This document shows, piece after piece, positions 31,314 to 41,408 of a stretch of DNA of 64,000 bases. The notes beneath the pieces are model-generated. The model made no database searches. It saw only the letters and a program-made list of their open reading frames with translations, and was not told the DNA's origin. The position numbers were made by a program, and so were the translations under genes. Location of the stretch: positions 3,968,001-4,032,000 of the forward strand of contig OY761158.1 in assembly GCA_963664405.1 (NCBI GenBank), given 5' to 3'. The stretch is from Thermoanaerobaculia bacterium. Its GTDB lineage: Bacteria > Acidobacteriota > Thermoanaerobaculia > Multivoradales > Multivoraceae. Every line of letters starts with the position of its first letter. Position 1 is the stretch's first letter.

Positions 31314-32936
31314 TCAGCCCTGGGGCACCAGCCGGTAGATCGCGGAGTCGAGGTCGGAGGAGAGGTAGATCACGCCGGTTGTCGACAGCGCGAGGCCGGT
31401 GGAGAAGAAGGGCGGGCCCCAGCCCTCGGGAAGCGGCAGGCCGATGGGCAGGTCGGTCGCGAGGACGCGCCGGCGCCCGGTCGCGGGCTCGAAAAGCGAC
31501 AGGCTTCGGGCCCCGACCTCCGCGACCAGCACCTGGCCCGAGGCTGTGACGGCGATCCCTTCCGGCTGGTCGAGACCGCTGGCGACGACGCGGCGCTCGC
31601 CGCTCGCGAGGTCGACCTCCGTGAGTCGGCCGGCGCCCGCCTCGGTCACCCACACTCGTCCCGGCGGACCGGCGGCGAGGCCCGCCACCCGATCGAGCCC
31701 TGTGGCCACCGGCCGCGGCTCCTTGCCGGGAGCGAGCTCGACCAGGTGACCCGAGTCGAGCTCCCCCACCAGGAAGCGATTGCCGCCGAGGGCGAGCGCC
31801 GCGCCGGGGCCGGCGAGCGTGTGGCGCTCGAGTACCGCGGCGGTAGCGCGATCGAGCACCTGGGTGGCGCCGTCGACGAAAAACGCCACTAGCACGCGCT
31901 CGGCGCCGACCGCGATCGTTGCCGGGTTGATGGTGTCGTCGCCGTAGACCTGGGCCCGAGTGCGCACCTCGCCGGTGGCGGGGTCGACCGTGCGCCACGA
32001 GAAGACATCGGCGACGTGGAGGAGCTCGCGGCCGCTCTCGACCACGAGCTCGAGGGCCGCGGGCATCGCCAGTGCCCCCTCGACCACGGTGCGGGAGGCG
32101 CCGGTCTCGACGTCGATCTCGTAGACGCCGTTCGAAGCCATATTGGTGACGAAGAGGCGGTCGTCGTCAGTGATCGTCATGTTGTCGATCGAGGGCTCGA
32201 CCCGCGCGACGACGGTCTTCGTCCCGCTCTCCGGGTCGACGCGGACGACCTCGCCGGTGCCGCTGTCGGCAACGAAGAGTCGGCCCCGGGAGTCGATGGC
32301 TGCTGCTACCGGCCAGCGGAAGCCGGAGGCGACGACCTCGACCGCTTTGGAGTCGACGTCGACCCGCACCACCTCGCCGCGGAACCAGAGCGGGCCGTAG
32401 AGCCGCCCGTCGTCGGCGAAGGCGAAGGCGTTCAGGCCACCGATGTCACGGAGGATCGGGCGGCTCCCTGTCCCGCCCTCGAGGTCGACTTCGTAGAGAC
32501 CATCGCGGCCGAGGACCTCGGTCACGAATAGCCGCCCCGCGGCGTCGAAGCCAATGGCGTTGAGCCCCACGTGGCCTTCAGCGAGCACCTCCGGCGGCTG
32601 GCCCGGGACTGCGGCCAGCACCTGGCCGGTCAGTAGGTGGGTCCAGTACAGGCGACCGTCGGGGCCGAACACGAGGTCCTCGGCACACCCCCAGGGAGGC
32701 CCGATCGCCGTCTCCTCCGCCCCGGTGTCGGGGTCGACCAAGTGGATGGTCTGGCCGATGATTGACGCCACCCACAGGCCGTCGTCGGAGCTGGTGAGCC
32801 CGTGCACGCCGTGGAAGGGGCTCCCCGGCACGACGACCTCGAGCCGGTATTCCTCGGCGACGCCGGGCTCCGACCCGCGGTCGCAGGCGGAAGCGAGCAC
32901 GAGACCGAGGAGGATCACTGGTAATGGAGCGCGCAC
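31314..32936 (-). CDS. Double beta-propeller lipoprotein (SMP-30/NHL-like)
   Basis: Lipobox ASAC; repeated GPDGRLY, DSRGRLF and GLDQPEGIAV blades. Confidence 0.8.
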   Translation of the reverse strand: MRAPLPVILLGLVLASACDRGSEPGVAEEYRLEVVVPGSPFHGVHGLTSSDDGLWVASIIGQTIHLVDPDTGAEETAIGPPWGCAEDLVFGPDGRLYWTHLLTGQVLAAVPGQPPEVLAEGHVGLNAIGFDAAGRLFVTEVLGRDGLYEVDLEGGTGSRPILRDIGGLNAFAFADDGRLYGPLWFRGEVVRVDVDSKAVEVVASGFRWPVAAAIDSRGRLFVADSGTGEVVRVDPESGTKTVVARVEPSIDNMTITDDDRLFVTNMASNGVYEIDVETGASRTVVEGALAMPAALELVVESGRELLHVADVFSWRTVDPATGEVRTRAQVYGDDTINPATIAVGAERVLVAFFVDGATQVLDRATAAVLERHTLAGPGAALALGGNRFLVGELDSGHLVELAPGKEPRPVATGLDRVAGLAAGPPGRVWVTEAGAGRLTEVDLASGERRVVASGLDQPEGIAVTASGQVLVAEVGARSLSLFEPATGRRRVLATDLPIGLPLPEGWGPPFFSTGLALSTTGVIYLSSDLDSAIYRLVPQG

Positions 32937-32990
32937 CGTGCGATGTTACAGCGCACCATCCATCCGGTCCTCAAAGGCATGCCGATCTGT

Positions 32991-33046
32991 GACATGGAGC
33001 GCGTCGAGGTCCTGCGCGGTCCGCAGGGATCGCTCTTCGGCCGGCG
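32991..33046 (+). pseudogene. TonB-dependent receptor plug remnant
   Basis: DMERVEVLRGPQGSLFGR with no flanking receptor sequence. Confidence 0.65.
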
Positions 33047-33374
33047 GCCTTTGGCCTCAGAAGGTGCCCGAAACTTCGTGGCACCTGGCTCGCAGAGAGC
33101 GAGCGGGCGTGGGGCGTCGCCTCCCCCCAAATATTCGGCTGGGACCCAAGCAGCGAAGGCTGCGGGGGCGAAAACTATCATGGGGCAATGGGATGAGGAT
33201 CGGCTTGCGACTTCACCTCGTCCAGAACTGGTTCGAAGTCGGGAGAGGGGTCCGACCTGTCCCGAGATCTGGATCCGCACTCTTGTTGTGGTTCAATGCG
33301 TTACGCTCTGTCCTCGTGCGGACAATCAGCATGAAGGACGTAGAGAACCAAGTGAACTTGAAGGGAGACCCACG

Positions 33375-33788
33375 ATGAGCATGACCGAGACCGCCCGCGA
33401 ATTCTTCGAAGCCTGTGAGACCGGCCGCGGCTGGGCTGGATGCGCCCAGTACTGCCATGACGGCGCTACCTTCTCCTGCCAGGCCGACGCTCTGGCCGAG
33501 ATCGGAACGTTGGAGGGCTACTCCGACTGGATGCGGGATCTACTGACCCCGATCCCGGACGGCCACTACGAACTGAAATCGTTCTCGACGGATGAAGGGC
33601 GCGCTGTCGTCACCGCCTTCGCCGTTTTCAAGGGCGCGCAGACCGGCCCCGGCCCCGTGGAGCCGCCGACCGGCAAGTCGATCGCCGCCGACTATGTCTA
33701 CGCGATGGAGTTCGACGGCGACCGGATCCGGCATATGACGAAGATCTGGAACGACGTCCAGTCGCTCAGGGAGCTTGGCTGGGCCTGA
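33375..33788 (+). CDS. SnoaL-like / ester cyclase protein
   Basis: RBS GGGAG; FFEACETGRGW..DYVYAMEFDGDRIRHMTKIWND. Confidence 0.85.
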   Translation: MSMTETAREFFEACETGRGWAGCAQYCHDGATFSCQADALAEIGTLEGYSDWMRDLLTPIPDGHYELKSFSTDEGRAVVTAFAVFKGAQTGPGPVEPPTGKSIAADYVYAMEFDGDRIRHMTKIWNDVQSLRELGWA

Positions 33789-33894
33789 GGGACGCGGGTC
33801 TGAGGGCGCCCCTGGCGGAGAAGTGCGGGTGGCGCGCGCCGGGGATCAACTGGGTCTGGAGGTCCCAGAGCGAAGCGGCCCCCAGCGGGAGCGT

Positions 33895-34275
33895 TTACGG
33901 TGCGGAAATGGGTGTCTCTGTCGGAAGCTCGCCGTTCGAGTGATCCTGGAGATGCTGGCGGAGTAGGGCTTCGCCTTGTTGGAAGAAGTCTGTGAACTCG
34001 GCCCCGACCTCCTGCAGTCCTCCTTCGATGAGCTCGACGTGAATCACTCTCGCCGTGGCGAGAATGAGCTCTTCGCCAACTGCGATGTCGAGCTCGACAA
34101 GGTCGCCTTCCTCTACCTCTGTGCTGACCTGAAGTCGGACACCCGACTCGCTTAGATCGAGCGTCTTGCCGACACAAACAGGCGTACTCACCTGTCCCCG
34201 CCTTCGGCCGGAGTAGGCGGCCAGCTCGACACAGAGGACGCGGGCTTGGCGGCGACGATCTGTTTCAAGTTCCAT
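33895..34275 (-). CDS. PilZ domain protein
   Basis: DRRRQAR and DLSESG motifs. Confidence 0.8.
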   Translation of the reverse strand: MELETDRRRQARVLCVELAAYSGRRRGQVSTPVCVGKTLDLSESGVRLQVSTEVEEGDLVELDIAVGEELILATARVIHVELIEGGLQEVGAEFTDFFQQGEALLRQHLQDHSNGELPTETPISAP

Positions 34276-34477
34276 TCTGTTCTCCCCATATAAAGGCATA
34301 GCTGCCCATCGGAAATGCCAAGCTTGCCCGCTCCCTCGGGAAGATGGGCAAGCGTCCGGCAAGGTAACGAGACCTTCGGACGGCGGCTAAAGTCACTAGA
34401 GGCACTACTGCGATGGTTAGATGTACCAGCTCACCATCAGGGAAACGTCAGGACTCTGTAGAATCGCCCCGATTCTC

Positions 34478-35230
34478 ATGGGCCTGACTACCGGCACCCG
34501 CCTCGCTTCGTACGAGATTCTCTCGTTGCTCGGAAAGGGCGGCATGGGTGAGGTCTATCGTGCGCGGGATACGAAGCTGGGGCGGGAGGTGGCGATCAAG
34601 CTGCTTCTCGAGGAGGTCTCCAACGATCCGGATCGGCTCGCCCGCTTCGAGCGTGAGGCCCGAGCTCTCGCCTCTCTGAACCACCCCAACGTCGCGACCC
34701 TGTATGGCCTGGAGACGGAGGGGGACACCAGCTTTCTGGTCATGGAAATGATCGAGGGCGAGACGCTGGCGGATCGAATCGAGCGCGGGCCCATCCCGAT
34801 CGAGGAGGCGATCCGGCTCTTCCGCGAGATCGCGGAGGGCCTCGAGGCGGCACACGAGAAGGGCGTCGTCCATCGAGATCTGAAGCCGGCGAATATCAAG
34901 GTGGGCGGCGATGGCGCGACCTTGAGCGGTGGCTCACGCGTAAAGATCCTCGATTTCGGCTTGGCCAAGGCGATGGCGCCGGACGGCGAATCGGGCCATT
35001 CGTCGATGTCGGAGTCACCCACGATGACGATGGCCGCGACCCAGCGGGGCGAGATTCTCGGCACCGCGGCCTATATGAGCCCAGAGCAAGCTCGGGGCAA
35101 GACGATCGACAAGCGGGCGGACGTTTGGTCGTTTGGTGTCTGCCTCTATGAAGCACTCAGCGGTGAGCGCCCCTTAGCGCGTCGCATCGGCAATCCAGTT
35201 CTCGATGGCGGAACGGTTGGCATGCTCTAG
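34478..35230 (+). pseudogene. 3'-truncated Hanks-type Ser/Thr kinase
   Basis: GKGGMGEV, HRDLKPAN, DFG, YMSPEQ, DVWSFG; similarity ends at SGERP. Confidence 0.85.
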
Positions 35231-35329
35231 GGGGTGAATCGAGTGGATCAGGACCACGGCCAGGATCGCCACGCCCTTGAGCGCGTCGACTTCGCCGAAG
35301 CGCGAGACCGCTCTAGAGCGCTCGCCCAT

Positions 35330-35442
35330 GCCGTCGCGCAGCGATTCGTCGAAGGGACGGAACTCGACACCGGTCCCCGCCGGCAGCGAATCCAGCGCTT
35401 CCGGTGACGACGACGGGACCCGGCCTCAGGTATCGGAGCCAT
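35330..35442 (-). pseudogene. Internally deleted paralog of the adjacent epimerase
   Basis: MAPIPEAG..VVVTGSAGF joins TGVEFRPFDESLRD; the upstream region also resembles 36740-36790. Confidence 0.75.
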
Positions 35443-35666
35443 ATCAGTCTCCTCTGTGTCTCACTTGCCGTGAGGTGAGCGTGGGTTGAAGGCGGAACAC
35501 TACACCCGCCAGGTGCGAATGTCCTAAGAGCTGCGTTCGGAGGTCGACAAGTTGGCGACGGGACTGTAGCCTGCCTCGACGTGACGCCCGTGCTCGTTTT
35601 CAGAGATGTCGGGAAACCGGATTCGGAGCTACGAGACCCCCCTCGCACCTCGGCCAGGCGCTCGAG

Positions 35667-36740
35667 TCAGCTCCTCGACTGAAAGCCAGGTCTGAGCTTG
35701 GGCTTCACCCCGGCAACGGAAAGAAGGGACTCGACGCAGTCCCGTAACGAGTCGTCGAAGGGGCGGAACTCGACACCGGTGGCGATGCGCATGCGGTCGT
35801 TGCGCAGTTCGCAGCCCGCCCATATGCCGCGGAGCTCTTGCTCACGAGCTTGGACTCTCTCCGGGAAGGGGTTCACCACCTCGGGAGTGTCGTGACCCAG
35901 CTCAGGCAGCAGGCGGTCGATGCCGGCGCAGATCTCTTCGACGTTGACTGTGTCGGTGGAGAACGCGATGTAACGCTCGCCGTTCTTGACTTCGACGCTT
36001 TCGAGCAATCGGATGTGACACTCGGCGTCGTCGCGGACATCCACCGGCATCCAAGGTCGATAGGCGCGAGATTGCTCGCACTCGCCCAGCAGCATGAGCT
36101 CGATGAGGTGCTGCCACGGCCCCTTGTCTTTCTGATGGGCGGAGAGGATGGGGCCGACGTTGTCACCCGGGCAGCAAGTGACGGCATCCCACATGCCGTT
36201 GCGCTCCGCTGCATCGGAGAAAGCGCGCTCGGCATAGACCTTGCCGATCGAGTAGCCGACCTTGGCGGCGACGCGCTTGGGGTTGTGCTCGTCAGGGTAG
36301 CGATCTTCGTAGAGGACCGGGCGTTTGACGAACTCCTGCATGTCCATCTCATCCATGACCGCCGCGATGCTGGAGGTGACAATGACCCGATTGACTGTGC
36401 CCGACTGATTGACACTCTCGATAATGTGATCACAGACCCTCTTGACGTAGTCGGGGTCGTGATAGTCGCTGATATGAGAGACATGGCTCACGCCGTGGCA
36501 TCCGCGGAAGATCTCGTCGAAGCACCCCGCCTGGTCGAGGTCGGCGGAGTGGAGGGTCAGGCGGCCGGATGCATAGCCTGGCATCTCCTTGAGAAAGGTC
36601 GTTTTCGCCGTGTCCTCGGCATCGCGAACGCAGGCCCTCACTCGGTAGCCCTCGTCGAGCAGCAGCTTGACCACCCACCCGCCAATGAATCCCGCGCTTC
36701 CGGTTACCGCGACAGTGCCGCCCTCTGGTATCGGAGCCAT
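35667..36740 (-). CDS. NAD-dependent epimerase/dehydratase (flavonoid-reductase-like SDR)
   Basis: VTGSAGFIG, TSS, YSIGK, VDVRD. Confidence 0.9.
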   Translation of the reverse strand: MAPIPEGGTVAVTGSAGFIGGWVVKLLLDEGYRVRACVRDAEDTAKTTFLKEMPGYASGRLTLHSADLDQAGCFDEIFRGCHGVSHVSHISDYHDPDYVKRVCDHIIESVNQSGTVNRVIVTSSIAAVMDEMDMQEFVKRPVLYEDRYPDEHNPKRVAAKVGYSIGKVYAERAFSDAAERNGMWDAVTCCPGDNVGPILSAHQKDKGPWQHLIELMLLGECEQSRAYRPWMPVDVRDDAECHIRLLESVEVKNGERYIAFSTDTVNVEEICAGIDRLLPELGHDTPEVVNPFPERVQAREQELRGIWAGCELRNDRMRIATGVEFRPFDDSLRDCVESLLSVAGVKPKLRPGFQSRS

Positions 36741-36879
36741 GTCTGTCTCCTCTCTCTCGCTCACGAGCACCGTGAGCTTGGGTGATGAAGGGAAACCCTA
36801 CAACGATGAAGTGCGAATGCCCAGGGGAAGAAACCATCGCCCTCTCGGGAGGAGCCGATCGCCTTCTCGGGAAGGTGAT

Positions 36880-38106
36880 CTAGCCCCCGGAGGGGACGCC
36901 GCAGGGACTCGCCCAGTTTGCCAGCGGAAGAACGGAGCAGGTGGCGCCGGGAGCGAGCTCTTCCGAGCCTGCCGGTACGCGCACCAAGGCGGTCCCACGG
37001 GCGTAGGCGGCGAGATCGTGGGAGCCGAGAGGAGGCGCCGGCTCGACGAGGATCTCGCCTTCTTCGAAGCGCACCCGCGCCGGCAAGAAGCGATCGCGTC
37101 CGCGGGCCCCGGGCAGTGGCGCCTCGAGTCGCCCGGTGAGGGCTCCGTACCAGTAGGAATCTTGCAATCCCATCAGGCGGCGAAGGGCGGGGCGCACCAA
37201 GATCCAGAAGGCGACCATGGCTGAGGCCGGGTTACCGGGTAGGCCGAAGACCAGACCACCGGGTCGCACCGCTACCACCACCGGTTTGCCTGGCTGGATC
37301 GACACGCCGGCGAAGAGGATCTTGCATCCGAGCTTCTCGAGCACACCGGGGACAAAGTCGAACTCACCCATAGAAACGCCGCCGGAGAGGATGAGGACGT
37401 CGCGCTTCATACCCTCTCGGGCTAGCTCCTCGAGAGCCGTAGGCTCATCGGGGGAGATTCCCAGAGAGCAGGCCTGGATGCCCGTAGTAGCGGTTGCGGC
37501 GAGTAGAAAATCGGTGTGCGAGTCGCGCAGTTGACCGGGCTTCGGTGTCTGATCGGGTGAGATGACCTCGTCGCCCGTGCTCAGGACTGCGATCGATGGG
37601 GTCTTGAAAACGGGTACTTCGGTGTAACCATGGGTGGCGAGAAGGCCGAGCGCTCCCGGAGTGAGCAGTGAAGAAGTGTCGAGCATGGTGGCCCCTCGGT
37701 GGAGAATCTCGCCCCTTTTTCGAATGTGCGCGTTGGGCTCAGGTGGCCCCGAGATCGTCACTTCCTCGGCGCCGCCGTTCGTGTCCTCGATCGGCACGAC
37801 GCGGTCGGCGCCGACCGGAACGGGCGCCCCGGTCATGATCCGAAGAGCCCCGTCCGGCTCCAGAGTCGCCCCGGGAGGGTCGCCGGCGGCAACGGTTCCG
37901 GTGACACGGAGCTGAGCCCCGGGGGCGACGGTTGCGCCGAGAGCGTAACCGTCCATCGCGGAAACGTCGCTTGCGGGGACGTCGACTTTGGCCGGCAGTG
38001 CCTGCGAGAGGGTGCTGCCCAGCGCCTCGTTTCGTCGTCGGCTTTCTCTGCCCAGTGGGTTTGTGTGTGGCTGCAGCCGCTTCCAGGCTTCTTCTGGGGA
38101 AATCAT
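36880..38106 (-). CDS. moeA: Molybdopterin molybdenumtransferase
   Basis: SAMDGYA, RIMTGAP, STGDE, SGGVSMG, GLPGNP. Confidence 0.95.
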   Translation of the reverse strand: MISPEEAWKRLQPHTNPLGRESRRRNEALGSTLSQALPAKVDVPASDVSAMDGYALGATVAPGAQLRVTGTVAAGDPPGATLEPDGALRIMTGAPVPVGADRVVPIEDTNGGAEEVTISGPPEPNAHIRKRGEILHRGATMLDTSSLLTPGALGLLATHGYTEVPVFKTPSIAVLSTGDEVISPDQTPKPGQLRDSHTDFLLAATATTGIQACSLGISPDEPTALEELAREGMKRDVLILSGGVSMGEFDFVPGVLEKLGCKILFAGVSIQPGKPVVVAVRPGGLVFGLPGNPASAMVAFWILVRPALRRLMGLQDSYWYGALTGRLEAPLPGARGRDRFLPARVRFEEGEILVEPAPPLGSHDLAAYARGTALVRVPAGSEELAPGATCSVLPLANWASPCGVPSGG

Positions 38107-38175
38107 GACCGGTTTAGGCTACGTCTTGGCACGCCGCGCAATGCTATACTTTTGCGCCGCAGAGGTTGGAGCAAA

Positions 38176-38517
38176 ATGCCACTATACGAGTATGCCTGCG
38201 GAGAATGTGGGGACCGGAGCGAGGCCCTGCAGCGTATGGACGATGCGCCTCTGACCACCTGCTCCAAGTGTGGCGGGCCGCTGAAGAAGCTCTTGTCCGC
38301 CCCGGCCTTTCAGTTCAAGGGCACGGGCTGGTATGTAACGGACTACGCCCGCAAAGGCGAAGGAGATGCCGACAAGACCTCCGGCAGCAGCGACGAGGGA
38401 GGCAGCAAGACCGCCTCAGATTCCTCCGAATCCAAGTCCGACAGCAAGCCGAAGAGCGACGGCGATAGCAAGTCGAAGAGCGACGCCGCATCGACGTCCA
38501 AAGAAAAGTCGGCCTAG
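38176..38517 (+). CDS. FmdB family zinc-ribbon protein
   Basis: MPLYEYACGEC..CSKCGG..FKGTGWYVTDY plus a low-complexity tail. Confidence 0.9.
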   Translation: MPLYEYACGECGDRSEALQRMDDAPLTTCSKCGGPLKKLLSAPAFQFKGTGWYVTDYARKGEGDADKTSGSSDEGGSKTASDSSESKSDSKPKSDGDSKSKSDAASTSKEKSA

Positions 38518-38563
38518 GTCGTCGGACCCCGCAGCGCCTCGGGTCGGCCCTTCGGCCTAAGAG

Positions 38564-41392
38564 ATGAGCGTCCCGAACCTGTTGGTCCTCCTCGCCGTGA
38601 TGGCGTTGCTGCAGGTCTTCCTGTTGCTTCTCGCGGGCGGTCTAGGCCGTCGGCTGAACCGGACTCTCGTCATCACCGCCTTCGCCCTGCCTCTGCTCTA
38701 TCTGTCGCCTTGGATCGGGAGCAGCCGTCTCTTGGTACCGAGCGACGAGCTCTCCCGTACCGTTCCCGGCGCACCGCGGTTGGCGGCTCCGGATCCGCAT
38801 GGGGTCCTCAACGACACTCTGTACCAGCTGCTGCCGTGGGAGTTGGAGGTCAGGCACGCGCTGAGTCGGGGTCGCCTTCCTCTGTGGTCGGATAGTCTCG
38901 AGGGAGGCAGCTCGCCGTGGTTGAATCCTCAGAGCGGCGTGTTGTCGGTGGTGGCGGGTTTGAGCCGCCCGCTACCGATCCAACACCATCTGCTCGCCGG
39001 TCTGGTGCTCAAGATGATGGTGGCTCTCGAGGGTGCCTGGCTTCTGGTGCGCGCCCTGGGTGGGTCCAAGGCCGCTGCGTATCTCGCCGGTCTCGCCTTC
39101 TGCTTTGGCGGATCGGTCCAGGCTTGGGCCCTCTTCACACCGAGTACCGCGATTGCGTGGGTCCCCTGGATGACTCTCGCGGCCCTCGGCTTGCTCCGCC
39201 GACCGCGACGTCGGTCGGTGGCAGTGGGTGGCTGCCTGGTGGCGTGCACGGCCCTGGCCGGGCATCCCGAAGTCGCCTTCCTCGGCATTTTTTTCTCTGT
39301 TCTATGGGCCTGGCTCCTGACCGGGTGGCGTCGCGCGGGCCCGAGTGGGGTCCTTGCGATGGCCGCCGCGCTGGTTCTTGGAGGTGCCCTGGCGGCGCCG
39401 GCGCTCCTCCCCTTTCTACAGCGGATCCCCGAGGCGCAGAGAGTTGAAGAATTACGCCATTCTCGCCTGCCACTTGAAGCTATGGATTGGCACCCTCGGA
39501 CTTGGTTCCTACCCTCTTCCGTCGATTTTCTTCGGGCGCCGCTCGGCTCGCAGGTGTACGGGCGTCCGTATCGCGATGTGTTTCGAGGCCCCGGTAACTG
39601 GGCCGAGGCGGAGGCTGGTTATGTGGGGTTGGTGATGCTTCTCGGCGCCTTCCTCGCCTTGCTCCCGCGCGTTCGAAAGCGGACCCTCCCCTTTCTTCTC
39701 ACTTCCGCGGCGTCACTTCTCCTGGTTGCAGGCTTTCTTCCCCTGCGCACCCTTCTGGCGCTGCTTCCCGGCGGAGATCTGCTTGCTTATTCCCGACTGC
39801 TCCTCGTGCACGGGCTGGTGCTGGCGGTGGCGGGCGCTCTCGGCTTCGACGCGCTAGCTCGAGGTCGCCGCCAAGGTGCGGCCTTGGCCTTGTTCCTGCC
39901 GGTCGCGGCGCTCTCGGTGGCTTACGACGCCAGAGTCTGGCCGGTACTTCTTTGGGGAGTGCTCGGAATCGGTCTCGTTCTTGCGCGCCGACGTCGTCGG
40001 GCGGCCTTTGCGCTCATCGGCGCTGTTCTCTTGGCCGATCTGGTTCCCTGGGGGCTGCTTCTGTTGCCGGCCGGGGATACAGCCGCTTTCTATCCAGATA
40101 CGAGAGCGACGCGTATGTTGCAGCGGGAGGCGTCCGTTGGCGGACCCTGGCGATCGGTCGGTGAAGATCTCGCGGTCTACCCCTCCCTATTGACGGTGTA
40201 TGGCCTCGACGAAGTTCGCTCCCACAATCCTCTGGCCCCGCGTTCTTATCTCCGCGTCTTGCGGGAAGTCTTCGACTTCGAGCCTTCGCGTCGCTACTTC
40301 AGCACTTTCTCCAAGGTCGACCACCCGCTGCTGGACTTTCTCAATGTGCGTACGGTGACTTCGTACAGCACACGTACCGGCGCCCCCGGATGGCGACCCG
40401 AGCCGCAGACCCTGCAACGCTTCGACGCCGGCGAGTTCGGCACCTTTCGACTGTTTCGGAATCCCGATGCACTCCCCAGACTATTCGTGCCGGTTGGCGC
40501 CGAAGTGCTCAGCCGGTCGCAGCAGACGGAGTGGTTGGCGCAGCTCCGGGATCCTCGCCGCGTCGCCCTGTTCGCGGACGAGGTCGGTGACTGGAGACCG
40601 GCGGATCGACGCTGGTCTCCCGATGCAGTCGAGATTCTCGAGTGGCAGCCCGGACGAGCACGTTTCCGGGTCGCCGCCGGCGACGGCTCCCTGGTGGCGA
40701 CATCGCTGCCCGGACCGAAGGGCTGGCGAGCGGCGGCGGGTTCCCTCGATCTAGAGGCGGTCACGGTCAATGGTGCCTTTCTCGGAGTGCGGGTGCCCGC
40801 CGGGGTGGAAGAAGTAGAGATTCGCTACAGGCCGCCGGGCTGGGGACCCGGACTTATCCTCGGCATCACGGGCGTTATCGGCTTCGGTCTTTTGTTGGTG
40901 AGCGATCGCTCCCTGTGGCAGGGGCTTCGTTCCCGGCGCGCGCCACGCTTGAGCGCGATCCCGGTTCTAGTCGCGATCTTGCTGTGGCTCGCGCTCTCGC
41001 TCTTGCTCGAGACGCGGCGCAGCCTGCGCCCCTACCTGGTGCGAGGCCCCGGCTCGTTTCCTTACCAGGCGGCGGCTCGGTGGAGACTGGGCAGCCCGCC
41101 CTCCGAAGAGCTCCGACGCTTCTTGACGGCGGCGGGGCAGCGCATTCCACAAGGGAGTACCGTAGCTTTCGTAGCCGACTCGCCTCGGGGGAGCCAGGAA
41201 TCGTACCGCTGGATGTGGGCATCCTATTACTTGCCGCGGCACGAGATCGTGCCCGGCTCGTCGTCGGCCGACTCGGAATGGTGGATCGTCTACAAGACCG
41301 AGATCGAGCGCCCCGATCTGGAGCGGGTGTGGGTAGACGCCAATGGGTCTGTGCTTCGCGAACGAGTGGCGCCGGGCTCCTTCGGACCCTGA
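38564..41392 (+). CDS. YfhO-like polytopic membrane glycosyltransferase (GT-C)
   Basis: GRLPLWS..GG, AGHPE, many TM segments, GWRA..VNGAFLGVRVPAG..YRP. Confidence 0.8.
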   Translation: MSVPNLLVLLAVMALLQVFLLLLAGGLGRRLNRTLVITAFALPLLYLSPWIGSSRLLVPSDELSRTVPGAPRLAAPDPHGVLNDTLYQLLPWELEVRHALSRGRLPLWSDSLEGGSSPWLNPQSGVLSVVAGLSRPLPIQHHLLAGLVLKMMVALEGAWLLVRALGGSKAAAYLAGLAFCFGGSVQAWALFTPSTAIAWVPWMTLAALGLLRRPRRRSVAVGGCLVACTALAGHPEVAFLGIFFSVLWAWLLTGWRRAGPSGVLAMAAALVLGGALAAPALLPFLQRIPEAQRVEELRHSRLPLEAMDWHPRTWFLPSSVDFLRAPLGSQVYGRPYRDVFRGPGNWAEAEAGYVGLVMLLGAFLALLPRVRKRTLPFLLTSAASLLLVAGFLPLRTLLALLPGGDLLAYSRLLLVHGLVLAVAGALGFDALARGRRQGAALALFLPVAALSVAYDARVWPVLLWGVLGIGLVLARRRRRAAFALIGAVLLADLVPWGLLLLPAGDTAAFYPDTRATRMLQREASVGGPWRSVGEDLAVYPSLLTVYGLDEVRSHNPLAPRSYLRVLREVFDFEPSRRYFSTFSKVDHPLLDFLNVRTVTSYSTRTGAPGWRPEPQTLQRFDAGEFGTFRLFRNPDALPRLFVPVGAEVLSRSQQTEWLAQLRDPRRVALFADEVGDWRPADRRWSPDAVEILEWQPGRARFRVAAGDGSLVATSLPGPKGWRAAAGSLDLEAVTVNGAFLGVRVPAGVEEVEIRYRPPGWGPGLILGITGVIGFGLLLVSDRSLWQGLRSRRAPRLSAIPVLVAILLWLALSLLLETRRSLRPYLVRGPGSFPYQAAARWRLGSPPSEELRRFLTAAGQRIPQGSTVAFVADSPRGSQESYRWMWASYYLPRHEIVPGSSSADSEWWIVYKTEIERPDLERVWVDANGSVLRERVAPGSFGP

Positions 41393-41408
41393 GTGGTATC
41401 CTTCGTTG

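Noticed and set aside
33220-33310. tRNA-like or att remnant (ggttcgaagtc)
   Set aside because: No cloverleaf and no match to either tRNA in the window
32943-33374. TonB receptor-SnoaL fusion protein
   Set aside because: Only an 18-aa receptor motif; the SnoaL gene has its own RBS and ATG at 33375
38360-38517. Repetitive Ser/Asp/Lys-rich DNA
   Set aside because: Normal low-complexity tail of FmdB-family proteins
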